A program made the position numbers and the translations under genes. Positions 9,639-18,565 of a stretch of 64,000 bases of DNA are shown piece by piece. Numbering within the stretch: position 1 is the first letter of the stretch; each line of letters opens with the position of its first letter. The stretch covers positions 1 through 64,000 of the IMG/VR virus record IMGVR_UViG_3300029319_000020. The stretch is one strand, 5' to 3'. This stretch comes from a virus. Lineage: Duplodnaviria > Caudoviricetes. The notes beneath the pieces are model-generated. The model was not told the origin of the DNA, did no database searches, and was given only the letters and a program-made list of their open reading frames with translations.

Positions 9639-10661
9639 ATGGCAGTACCAGGAACAGGATCAACAAACCAATCTTTAACCATATCAGCATTCAAGAAACT
9701 TGCTGGTAAGGCCCATACATCTAACTTAAAAGAGTTTTATGAAGAAACAATACCTTCCAACGTTCAAATAAAAACTGATATTATTTTTGGTGAAGCAATT
9801 CCCCAAACAGTTACAACAAATACTCTGTACACTAGGTTTAGTGCTTCTGCTTCTGATCCTGAAACAGTTGAGTATGTTGAGTTTACTGTTGATTCTATCT
9901 CAGGCACGACTTATGATGCAAATGACGGCACATTTGGTGATGTTGGTTTTGGAGGTGGAGACGAAGCTCAAAGTGGAGGTCCTCACGGATATAAATTATC
10001 TTTACGTTCGTTCTATCAAGCCTCATCTAGTTTTTCTGGAAAAGGTAGTTCTCCGTTTGTAAACTCACAAACTGTTAATGAAACAAATGGTGCTTTGCAA
10101 TTAGTACACCCTTCTTTTGGTCCACAAGCTGGTAACAATTATGGCCTTTCTCTTTATACTGATCATCCTGATAATGGTGGATCATTGATAGTTCCAACAA
10201 ATGCAATTGATTGGTATATAGATTATTTTAATGGAATAGTTTTTATACAAGATTACAGAGCTGATTTTGTTCCTACATATGCCAGAGGCTTTATTTACAT
10301 TGGTAAGTTTGCTAATACTCTTATAACAGAGGCTTCTTCATCTGGAGGCGGAGGCGGAGGTGGTGACGTTTCTTATGGAAGGACAAACGTTGTTACTCAT
10401 ATAACCTCATCAACATCAGCAAAAATTTTAGGTGTAAATGCTACGGCTTCACTAGAAATAAGATTACCTGCTGCTTCAGGGTTTAGTGCAGGTCAGTACT
10501 TTACTGTTAAAGATGAAGGTGGAAATGCAAATTCTAACAACATTGTTGTAAAAACTACCGGTGCTGACACTATAGATGGATCCTCATCAATAACATTAGA
10601 ATCACCTTACGCAGCTGTAAATATCTATTCAAACGGTTCAAATAAATTCTTTATTTATTAG
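9639..10661 (+). CDS. Virion structural protein with a C-terminal beta domain
   Basis: Poly-Gly linker, then LPAASG...TVKDEGGNA...TIDG...LESPYAAV. Confidence 0.65.
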   Translation: MAVPGTGSTNQSLTISAFKKLAGKAHTSNLKEFYEETIPSNVQIKTDIIFGEAIPQTVTTNTLYTRFSASASDPETVEYVEFTVDSISGTTYDANDGTFGDVGFGGGDEAQSGGPHGYKLSLRSFYQASSSFSGKGSSPFVNSQTVNETNGALQLVHPSFGPQAGNNYGLSLYTDHPDNGGSLIVPTNAIDWYIDYFNGIVFIQDYRADFVPTYARGFIYIGKFANTLITEASSSGGGGGGGDVSYGRTNVVTHITSSTSAKILGVNATASLEIRLPAASGFSAGQYFTVKDEGGNANSNNIVVKTTGADTIDGSSSITLESPYAAVNIYSNGSNKFFIY

Positions 10662-10748
10662 GTCGATTGAGAAAGTAGATTCTATTTAACGTCTAGAGAG
10701 CTTTGTATGCTCTATTCTTATAACATATTATTCATGGAGGATTAAAAT

Positions 10749-12230
10749 ATGGCTTATAAATTTCAAAAGGGTTCTGCTGTTTTAAGCGGTTCTCTCACAC
10801 AAGAAGGACAAATTCTTGCTAAAGAAAGTAAGATTTCTGGTTCGACAATTGGGCTTGGAGATGCTTCTGGTCTTGCTGAAACCGGTGGTGGTATCGAAGC
10901 AACTGGTGGAAAGCTTGAGTTATCTATTGCTGGTATGACAACAGCAACCCCTCAAGTTGCTACTGATGCTTTCTTCTTTGCTGCACATGGTGGTGCTGCT
11001 GGAAATATCAGATCAGGTTCTTTTGCTGATTTGGCTACTGCTTTCGCTGGTAATGGTATTGCTGCTTCGTCTGGTGTCTTATCTGTTGATACCAATGGAA
11101 GTTCTATTAATAATGGTGTTAATGGTATTTCTGTAAACGTTGTTGGCCTTGCTGGTACCGGTCTTTCAGAAAACTCTGGTCAACTAGATGTTTCATCTGC
11201 TCAAACAGGTATCAGTTCTATTAAGCACAATTCATTAGTTATTGGTCGAGTTGATGGAAATGATGATATTAACTTTACTGATGGTTCGATTACTATCGAT
11301 ACTAACAATGTATCTAGAATTACTGTCGTTGACGCTTCGACCACAGTTTCAAACAATCTTATTGTTTCAGGTGATTTAACAGTAAACGGTACTCAAACTT
11401 TTGTTAATACTGCTACTCTTGTTGTAACTTCTTCGATCCAATTTGAAGGTACTACTCCAGATGCTAATGAAATTATTCTTACTGCTGCTGATGCTCAAGG
11501 ATCAGATAAAACAATTACACTTCCTGACTTGACTGGACATGTTCCACTTCTTGCTGGTGCTATTTCAACTGCTAACGTAACTGCTGCTGAATTTGGTCTT
11601 CTAGATGGAGCAACAAATCGTGTACCTGTTACAATTTTAGATACAGATGGTTTTTTTATGAACGATGGTGGAACAATGAAACACGTTAGTGGTTCTTCTG
11701 TTGTTTCTTACATTTTGCCTAAAATTACAGGTGGTGACGTTCATGTTGCTGCTAATGGTGCTGCTACTATTCAAGCAAATGCTGTTGAAGGCTCAATGCT
11801 TAACAACAACGTTATCTCTGGTCTAGATGATATCAATGCAGCTATTGTTGGAACTGATGAGTTATTGATTTCTGATAATGGTACCATTAGAAGAACTGAC
11901 ATGTCTCGTATTAAAACGTATATTGGTGCCGGAACAGTGTCTATTAATGCCATTGGGGATGCTAATGGTTCATTAGCCGTTGGTGTTAATGCTGCTTCAG
12001 ATAATGCTTCTGCAACAAGAACATGGACATTACCTGCTTCTGCTGGTTTGTCAACTGGTGATGCAATTATTATTAAAGCTTATGCAAATGCTGGTACTTA
12101 CCCTGTAACAATTGCATGTGCTGGTTCTCAAACTATTGATGATCCTTCTACAACTCAAATTGTTTTAGAATCTAACAATGCTGCTGTTACGCTGTATTAT
12201 GTTGATACTGATTTTTTCATTATTGTTTAA
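10749..12230 (+). CDS. Tail fibre-like protein
   Basis: Gly/Ser/Thr-rich; VSGDLTVNGTQTFVNT fibre motif; C-terminal domain resembles that of 9639..10661. Confidence 0.7.
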   Translation: MAYKFQKGSAVLSGSLTQEGQILAKESKISGSTIGLGDASGLAETGGGIEATGGKLELSIAGMTTATPQVATDAFFFAAHGGAAGNIRSGSFADLATAFAGNGIAASSGVLSVDTNGSSINNGVNGISVNVVGLAGTGLSENSGQLDVSSAQTGISSIKHNSLVIGRVDGNDDINFTDGSITIDTNNVSRITVVDASTTVSNNLIVSGDLTVNGTQTFVNTATLVVTSSIQFEGTTPDANEIILTAADAQGSDKTITLPDLTGHVPLLAGAISTANVTAAEFGLLDGATNRVPVTILDTDGFFMNDGGTMKHVSGSSVVSYILPKITGGDVHVAANGAATIQANAVEGSMLNNNVISGLDDINAAIVGTDELLISDNGTIRRTDMSRIKTYIGAGTVSINAIGDANGSLAVGVNAASDNASATRTWTLPASAGLSTGDAIIIKAYANAGTYPVTIACAGSQTIDDPSTTQIVLESNNAAVTLYYVDTDFFIIV

Positions 12231-12265
12231 TTTAACAAAAAGATTATTATCTTTGTTCTCAAAAG

Positions 12266-12292
12266 AAGGTCGGGTTTTTACTCGACCTTTTT
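12266..12292 (+). terminator. Rho-independent terminator
   Basis: AAGGTCGGG-ttttta-CTCGACCTT stem followed by a T tract. Confidence 0.7.
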
Positions 12293-12316
12293 CTATTTAT
12301 TGAAAAGGAGAAAAGC

Positions 12317-12751
12317 ATGTCGTATAAATTTTCAAGAGGAGCTCAAGTCATTGGAGATCTTAAAGCAGCAGATGACACTGAAAGAGACACAAAAATAGAT
12401 TTTGGAGAGGACTACATTGGTCTTGAAACCAGTGGCTCAGTAAGGATGGTCATATCTGGTTCAGATGGTAAAGTTGGTATTGGTGTTACATCCCCTTCTT
12501 ATAAGCTTGATGTTCAAGGTGACATTAGAATCAGAGGAAACGACATTCGAGATAACTCAGGAAATAAAGCTATCTCTTTTGATGGCTCAGGTCACGTAGA
12601 AATGATGCAAGTCGCTGGATCTGAAACAGCTAGTAGTGCTTTACAGAATGGAAGTATTTCATTTTATCTAGATGAAGGTAATAATCAATTAAAAGTTAAA
12701 GTAAAATACTCGGATGGTTTAATTAAAACAGGTACTATTGCTCTGTCTTGA
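12317..12751 (+). CDS. Short fibre-like structural protein
   Basis: GKVGIGVTSPSYKLDVQGDIR fibre repeat; MSYKF N-terminus resembles MAYKF of 10749. Confidence 0.65.
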   Translation: MSYKFSRGAQVIGDLKAADDTERDTKIDFGEDYIGLETSGSVRMVISGSDGKVGIGVTSPSYKLDVQGDIRIRGNDIRDNSGNKAISFDGSGHVEMMQVAGSETASSALQNGSISFYLDEGNNQLKVKVKYSDGLIKTGTIALS

Positions 12752-12780
12752 CATTGAATAGTTCTTTTCTTAATCATCAA

Positions 12781-12788
12781 ACTATTTA
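12781..12788 (+). promoter_or_regulatory. Representative ACTA(T/A)TTA motif, putative late promoter
   Basis: Same word before starts at 2842, 4467, 12781, 15806, 16793, 19412, 22227, 24459, 45221, 46622, 48033, 48248 and 52860; TCTATTTA variants at 10681 and 12292. Confidence 0.6.
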
Positions 12789-12823
12789 TTGTGATAAACG
12801 TTTATTTAAATAGGAGAGTATAG

Positions 12824-13870
12824 ATGTCATCTATGTTAGAACAAGCCATTGTTGATGCTAAGGCTTTAAAAGAAGCAGCACTAAAAAATGCTGAACAAGC
12901 TGTTATAGATAAGTATTCCTCTGAGATCAAAGCTGCTGTTGAAGAATTGCTTGAGGGAAACGAACCACAGCAAACTATTAACGAAGAAATGGATGTTCCT
13001 TTTGCTTCTGATCCTTCACTGACAGATGACAAACCTGTTGAAATGGAAATGGAATTTGAATTTAATCCTGAAGATTTTCGTCTTGATCTAGAGTCTATCA
13101 AAGCACAAGCAGAGGCTGATCCTGAAAGTGGTGGAGAAAAGCCACAAGATACTGAATCTCTTGCAGCTGATATAGGTGCAGATGCACCAGCTGAAGAAGC
13201 TCCAGCCGCAGACGCAGGTGGTCTTGAAGATCTTTTACAAGAAGGTGATGAAGAAGATGATGATCTTTTAAACGAACTTCTTAGTCTTTTAGAACAAGAA
13301 GATGAAGAAGAACTACTAGATGAATCTCTCATTGTTGATGTAGAAGAAGTTAAGCATGGTCATTTTGTCACAGATAATGCTACTAGACAATACGATGCTG
13401 AAAAAGAATTAGCCCATCAACAATCAACTCATTTTAAAGAAAAAGCTGATGAGTTAGAAAAAGAAGTCGGAGAATTAAAAAACTCTGTTCTTATGTATCA
13501 AGACAAGCAAGAAAAGTTAAGATCTGTGCTTGATGACATGAAAGGTAAGTTAGAAGAAATGGTTACACAAAATGCTAGACTTTTGTATAGCAATAAAGTT
13601 TTACGCGATTCCTCCTTGAATGAGCGACAAAAAGATAAAATTGTCGAAGCAATCGCTAAGGCAGAGACTTTGAAAGAAGCAAAAACTCTTTATCAAACTC
13701 TTAAAGAAACTACAGTGGGAACACCTAAAGAGCGTGGTCCAAAATCACTTAGTGAGTCAGTACAGAGAAAACAAATTCTTTCCGCACATCTGCCACGACG
13801 CAAGCAAGAAAACATATCTGAGTCGCATGATTTTGCTTCTCGTATGAGAAAACTTGCTGGCATAGACTAA
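12824..13870 (+). CDS. Prohead core scaffold protein (gp22-like)
   Basis: Very acidic coiled coil directly upstream of the major capsid gene; C-terminal FASRMRKLAGI. Confidence 0.8.
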   Translation: MSSMLEQAIVDAKALKEAALKNAEQAVIDKYSSEIKAAVEELLEGNEPQQTINEEMDVPFASDPSLTDDKPVEMEMEFEFNPEDFRLDLESIKAQAEADPESGGEKPQDTESLAADIGADAPAEEAPAADAGGLEDLLQEGDEEDDDLLNELLSLLEQEDEEELLDESLIVDVEEVKHGHFVTDNATRQYDAEKELAHQQSTHFKEKADELEKEVGELKNSVLMYQDKQEKLRSVLDDMKGKLEEMVTQNARLLYSNKVLRDSSLNERQKDKIVEAIAKAETLKEAKTLYQTLKETTVGTPKERGPKSLSESVQRKQILSAHLPRRKQENISESHDFASRMRKLAGID

Positions 13871-13889
13871 TAATAAAGGAGAAATTGAT

Positions 13890-15734
13890 ATGTCTATTAT
13901 ACAAACTCTTTCAGAGGGCATTGTCAATCGTGACTTGAAAAAAGAAGGTGCAGCTCTTCTCAATAAATGGGAAGCTACTGGTCTTCTTGAAGGTTTAGAT
14001 ACCGAACAATCTCGTCACAACATGGCTCGTCTTTTGGAAAACCAAGCCAAAGAACTTTTACGCGAGAGTTCTTCTATGAGTGCTGGTGATGTCGAAGGTT
14101 TTGCTTCTGTAGCGTTTCCTATCGTTCGTCGCGTATTTGCAGGTTTGATTGCTAACGAATTGGTTTCGGTTCAACCGATGTCTCTTCCAAGTGGTCTTAT
14201 CTTCTTCCTTGATTTTGTTTATTCACCAAACATTGGTGATGCTGGGTCTCAAGCTAATCGTTTGGGTAATGCACCAGAAAAATCAATCTATGGAACAAAT
14301 CAAGTTGCATCGCAAATTACAGGTGGTGTTGATCTTGTAGGTTCACAAAAAGAAAATATTGGTGGACTTCGTCAACAAGTTGGTTATTCTTATGCTCATC
14401 CAACAGGATCTTCTTCTGTTATTGCTAACAGTGATACAGCAGAAGGTGCTTTTCGTTCTATATTTAAGCTTGATGGTACTGTTTCTGAAACAAGAGCTAA
14501 ATATATTCAATATGACCCTGATCTTCTAGCTTCTGTTAATGATGGTTTAGGTGTTGTTATCTTGGATGTTGCTGATGATCTTTTTGATAGTATTGATTAC
14601 AACTTATTATCTTCTATTTCTTTTTCAGGATCTGCTTGTCCTACAAATCTTTTGGAAGCTCTTGGTAACAATGGTAATATTACACAACCTGGTGCAGAAT
14701 CTGAAGTTAAGCTTATTCGTCGTTTAACAACACGCGTTAAAGCTGCTGATGCTGCAACTTCAGTAGATGCTGTTCGATTTGTATTTACAATCGCTGATAG
14801 TTCAGATATTTCAGCTGAATCTGATGCTGCAACTGCTATCGCTTCGGCTGATATCGCAGCTGGTGCTTTCCAGTATCCTAAAAAAGATGCAATCACATCT
14901 TCATCAGGAAAACTTGGTGCAATTGACAGTTTTACATTCCCATTTGAAGGAAGTGAAGCGATGCCAGAAATCGATATCAAGGTAGATTCAATCGCAATTA
15001 CAGCAACAACCAAAAAGTTAAAAGCTAAGTGGACTCCAGAATTGGGTCAAGATCTTAATGCTTATCACAACTTGGATGCTGAAGTTGAATTGACATCTAT
15101 TCTTTCAGAACAAATTGCTTTGGAAATCGATCGTGAATTACTTGGCGAACTTGTTAATGGCGCAACTGCTGCAACATACTACTGGTCTCGTTCACCTGGT
15201 CTTTTTGTAAATAAAGTGACTGGTCAAGAACTTGGTGCTTCTTCTGCTGCTCCTGACTTTACAGGAACTGTTTCAGAATGGTATGAAACTCTTATTGAAA
15301 CCATCAATGACGTTTCTGCACAGATCCACTTGAAGACACTTCGTGGTGGTGCTAACTACATTGTTTGTGGTCCTGAAGTTGCTAACATTCTTGAGTTCAC
15401 CTCTGGATTCCGTGCTAACGTTACAGCTGATGCTGACAAAGGTCAAATCGGAGCCGTTAAGGTTGGTGCACTTTCTCGTAAGTTTGATGTAATCGTTGAT
15501 CCTTACTTCCCAAGAAATGCTATTCTTGTTGGACGTAAAGGTGGTTCTTTCTTAGAATCAGGATACGTTTATGCTCCTTACGTTCCACTACAAACAACAC
15601 CTACAATCTTCGGTGTCGAAGACTTTGTGCCACGTAAAGGCGTAATGACTCGATACGGTAAGAAGATGGTTCGTCCTGATATGTACGGTCTTGTAATTTG
15701 TCGTGGTCTTTTAGGTGAAGAAGGTTCTTCCTAA
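13890..15734 (+). CDS. gp23: Major capsid protein (T4 gp23-like)
   Basis: AFPIVRRVF, ELVSVQPMSLPSGLIFFLDF, KKLKAKWTPELGQDLNAYHNLDAEVEL, YAPYVPLQ, F.PRKGVMTRYG. Confidence 0.97.
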   Translation: MSIIQTLSEGIVNRDLKKEGAALLNKWEATGLLEGLDTEQSRHNMARLLENQAKELLRESSSMSAGDVEGFASVAFPIVRRVFAGLIANELVSVQPMSLPSGLIFFLDFVYSPNIGDAGSQANRLGNAPEKSIYGTNQVASQITGGVDLVGSQKENIGGLRQQVGYSYAHPTGSSSVIANSDTAEGAFRSIFKLDGTVSETRAKYIQYDPDLLASVNDGLGVVILDVADDLFDSIDYNLLSSISFSGSACPTNLLEALGNNGNITQPGAESEVKLIRRLTTRVKAADAATSVDAVRFVFTIADSSDISAESDAATAIASADIAAGAFQYPKKDAITSSSGKLGAIDSFTFPFEGSEAMPEIDIKVDSIAITATTKKLKAKWTPELGQDLNAYHNLDAEVELTSILSEQIALEIDRELLGELVNGATAATYYWSRSPGLFVNKVTGQELGASSAAPDFTGTVSEWYETLIETINDVSAQIHLKTLRGGANYIVCGPEVANILEFTSGFRANVTADADKGQIGAVKVGALSRKFDVIVDPYFPRNAILVGRKGGSFLESGYVYAPYVPLQTTPTIFGVEDFVPRKGVMTRYGKKMVRPDMYGLVICRGLLGEEGSS

Positions 15735-15765
15735 TTTTTGATTAGTTGAATTTATTCATCATGAG

Positions 15766-15801
15766 AGCCCCTTGGATTTTCCTTGGGGCTTTTCTTTTTT
15801 T
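15766..15801 (+). terminator. Terminator after the capsid gene, with a tandem U-U internal loop
   Basis: AGCCCC-TT-GG-atttt-CC-TT-GGGGCT followed by a T tract. Confidence 0.75.
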
Positions 15802-15825
15802 AAAAACTATTTACTACGACTTGAA

Positions 15826-15897
15826 TTCTGGTCTCCTTTGGGCGAGGCCCCTGCTCACTGTCTCTACCGGAATGGGGCTGGTAGAAACTGACCAGAA
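15826..15897 (+). ncRNA. Candidate structured 5' leader RNA with a possible pseudoknot
   Basis: 8-bp stem TTCTGGTC/GACCAGAA encloses TCTACC/GGTAGA; loop GGGG (15874-77) is complementary to CCCC (15848-51). GC-rich in an AT-rich genome. Confidence 0.5.
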
Positions 15898-15929
15898 AAC
15901 AGGTCCATAATTTAAAAAGGAGAAATATT

Positions 15930-16505
15930 ATGGGAAATAGAAGATTAGGAGCAAGACGTTTAGATTCTTTGCTTAGAAGAGGAACAACTGGTAAAGATAC
16001 TTCTTACCAAGCTGGACCGGGAATTTCAGGAGCAATTGTAAGCCATAGAATGTTTAATGAAGGTGTCTTCATTGTAACAGAGATAGTAGTAGACTTAGGT
16101 GCATCAGGAGTAAATATTGTTTCTAGTGATGGTGCTGATGAAGCATTTGGAGTTGCTGCTAGTGGTGGTTGTCAATTAATGCAGTGGGAAAATGATATTC
16201 ACGGTCAATTTTTATTTTCAGAAGCTTTTGTTGTAGAAACTTTTACAACAGTTACAGCAGTTAGTTTGTCTAGTGGTACAGCTGTAAATGCTGTTTCTGA
16301 TACAATTACAGGTAGAGCTGATGTTCAAGCTGGTATTGCTACAAATGCACTTGGAAGCGCTTCAGCTCACGGAGGCTCAACTGCATTAGCTGATGGGGAA
16401 TACTTGTATCTCACAGCAGATAACGGTACAGAAACTACAATGAATGCTGGTCAAATAATAATTCGTTTGGTCGGTGCTAAACCTACTGACATATCAAAAG
16501 ATTAA
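15930..16505 (+). CDS. Hypothetical virion protein (possible capsid decoration) with an Arg-rich N-terminus
   Basis: AAGGAG SD; position after the capsid gene; beta-rich. Confidence 0.55.
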   Translation: MGNRRLGARRLDSLLRRGTTGKDTSYQAGPGISGAIVSHRMFNEGVFIVTEIVVDLGASGVNIVSSDGADEAFGVAASGGCQLMQWENDIHGQFLFSEAFVVETFTTVTAVSLSSGTAVNAVSDTITGRADVQAGIATNALGSASAHGGSTALADGEYLYLTADNGTETTMNAGQIIIRLVGAKPTDISKD

Positions 16506-16525
16506 TTTAACCAAAGGAGTATAAA

Positions 16526-16702
16526 ATGATCAGATCATCTAGAATAAGCGAAGAGCAAAAAGCTAAAAAGGTCGAAGAAGCTAAACGTAAAGCAGAGGCG
16601 GAAGCCGAAGCAAAGCGTAAAGCTGATGAGGCTAAGAAAAAAGCTGCTGCAAAGAAAAAAGCGGAGGCTGCAAAGAAAAAAGCTGCTTCTACAGAGGAGT
16701 AG
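16526..16702 (+). CDS. Lys/Ala/Glu-rich 58-aa peptide (H1/TolA-like composition), not in the ORF track
   Basis: AAGGAG SD; MIRSSRISEEQKAKKVEEAKRKAEAEAEAKRKADEAKKKAAAKKKAEAAKKKAASTEE. Confidence 0.75.
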   Translation: MIRSSRISEEQKAKKVEEAKRKAEAEAEAKRKADEAKKKAAAKKKAEAAKKKAASTEE

Positions 16703-16750
16703 ACTAATTACTCTGTATACTTAACGCATATGTGTTAGTCCTCCGCTCTT

Positions 16751-16787
16751 GCCCCTTGCTCTCCAATTGCTTGGGGCTTTTCTTTTT
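16751..16787 (+). terminator. Terminator with a tandem U-U internal loop
   Basis: GCCCC-TT-GC-tctccaatt-GC-TT-GGGGC followed by a T tract. Confidence 0.75.
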
Positions 16788-16806
16788 AAAAAACTAATTA
16801 CTTGGA

Positions 16807-18066
16807 ATGGAGGCTCCATGTATGTCATTACCAACTTTAACACCAACATCAACTCAATCAGCGATCGCTTTACCTGTAACAGGAAACTTTTCTAACGTTG
16901 CTGCTGCATGCCCAATGGGTATCTATACAGGATCTGCTGAGTTTATAACAGGAGCAGTAAAACAAGTCAAGTTTACATTTAAAAGACTTGGTGGAGACGT
17001 TCTTGATATTGAACTAACAGAGCAAAATGTTTATGCTAACTACGAAGAAGCAGTTCTTGAATATTCTTATATTGTAAATAAACACCAAGCAAAAAACGTT
17101 ATTGGATCAGCTCTTGGAAGCCCCACAGGATCTTTTGATCATAAAGGTCAAGTTACAGAAGGACCTCAAGGATACGCACTTAAGTACCCAAAATTTTCTT
17201 TTGAAGCCGCTTTTAGAATTGGAGATGCTTTTGCCACAGAAGCTGGTATTGGTGGAACAACGCCTATATATAGCGCTTCTGTGACCGTAAACCCAGGACA
17301 GCAGGATTATGATCTACAAGCAATTGTAAGCTCTTCAGCAGCTGCTGGTAACGTTGAGTATGCAAATCTAGTTGGAGATAACAGAATAAAAATAAGAAAA
17401 ATGTATTATATCTCTCCTCAACAAATGTGGAGATTTTATGGATACTATGGTGGTCTTAATGTTGTTGGAGATTACAATAACTATGGACAGTATGCCGATG
17501 ATTCAACTTTTCAAGTTATTCCGGCTTATCACAATAAATTACAGGCCATAGCTTATGAAGATCATCTTTATACAAGAACTTCTCATTATTCTTATGAAAT
17601 AATTAACAATAAGCTAAGGTTATATCCAATACCAACATCAGTGTCTCCAGAAGAATTTTGGTTTCGATTTACAATTGAAGATGGAGACATTTGGACCAAC
17701 ACTGGAGCTGGGCAAGACGGTGTCAACAACATGAACACTCTTCCATTTGAAAATTTACCTTATGAAAATATAAATTCTATAGGTAAGCAATGGATAAGAA
17801 GGTATTCTTTGGCTCTTTCAAAAGAGACTCTTGGTCAAATAAGAGGCAAGTTTGGAGGACAAATACCAATACCCGGAGATAACATAACCCTTAATGCTTC
17901 AGATCTGCTTGGACAAGCTAAAGAAGAACAAACAGCTCTCAAAGAGGAACTAAATAAGATCTTAGATGAGATAACTTACTCTAAACTAATGGAAGCTGAT
18001 AAAACAATGACTGAGAACGCAAAAGAAATTGTAGCAGATAGTCCGATGGGAATTTTTGTAGGATAA
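16807..18066 (+). CDS. Neck protein (gp13-like head-tail adaptor)
   Basis: LGGDVLDIELTE, WIRRYSLALSKETLGQIRGKF..IPIPG.NITLNASDL; synteny. Confidence 0.8.
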   Translation: MEAPCMSLPTLTPTSTQSAIALPVTGNFSNVAAACPMGIYTGSAEFITGAVKQVKFTFKRLGGDVLDIELTEQNVYANYEEAVLEYSYIVNKHQAKNVIGSALGSPTGSFDHKGQVTEGPQGYALKYPKFSFEAAFRIGDAFATEAGIGGTTPIYSASVTVNPGQQDYDLQAIVSSSAAAGNVEYANLVGDNRIKIRKMYYISPQQMWRFYGYYGGLNVVGDYNNYGQYADDSTFQVIPAYHNKLQAIAYEDHLYTRTSHYSYEIINNKLRLYPIPTSVSPEEFWFRFTIEDGDIWTNTGAGQDGVNNMNTLPFENLPYENINSIGKQWIRRYSLALSKETLGQIRGKFGGQIPIPGDNITLNASDLLGQAKEEQTALKEELNKILDEITYSKLMEADKTMTENAKEIVADSPMGIFVG

Positions 18067-18070
18067 ATAA

Positions 18071-18565
18071 ATGTCAGATGATAATAAATGGTCAAAACTA
18101 GATGCTCCACCACCACCAATGTTTCTTGGAGAGAAAGAAAAGAATCTTGTAAAGCAAGTTAATGATGAAGTCATTGAAAGGGTTGTTGGGCAACAGGTCT
18201 TGTATTTTCCTATAGACATAGATCATACTAACTTTCACCCTTTATACGGAGAAGCCATAGAAAAAACGTTTTTACCTCCTGTTAGAGTGTTTGCAAGGGT
18301 TGAGTACCAAGGCGTTGAAACAAATGTCATAGACAATATAGGTTTAGATAAAAAAACTGCTTTAAAAGTCATGTTTCATAAAAGAAGACTAACAGAAGAT
18401 CAAAACCTTTTTGTTCGAGAAGGCGATTTTGTAAAATATGGTTCAATATTTTATGAAATTGTAAAAACAAATGAACCAAAACACCTTTTTGGTCAAGCTG
18501 ATACACAATTTGAAGTAACAGCTGACTGTATAAGAGCAAGAGATGGAGTATTTAATGCAAACTGA
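18071..18565 (+). CDS. Neck / head closure protein (gp14-like)
   Basis: QQVLYFPID...HPLYGEA..K.F; VREGDFVKYG; synteny. Confidence 0.75.
   Translation: MSDDNKWSKLDAPPPPMFLGEKEKNLVKQVNDEVIERVVGQQVLYFPIDIDHTNFHPLYGEAIEKTFLPPVRVFARVEYQGVETNVIDNIGLDKKTALKVMFHKRRLTEDQNLFVREGDFVKYGSIFYEIVKTNEPKHLFGQADTQFEVTADCIRARDGVFNAN

Noticed and set aside
5230-10370. GGT/GGA-rich microsatellite-like runs
   Set aside because: They encode poly-Gly linkers in structural proteins and are not separate repeat elements.
15840-15905. Cobalamin riboswitch (CCCCTGCTCACTGT and GACCAGAAAAC resemble B12-box words; the phage has NrdJ)
   Set aside because: The AGGGAA and T-loop core elements are missing, the region is too short, and the downstream gene looks structural. 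Kept only as an unknown structured RNA.
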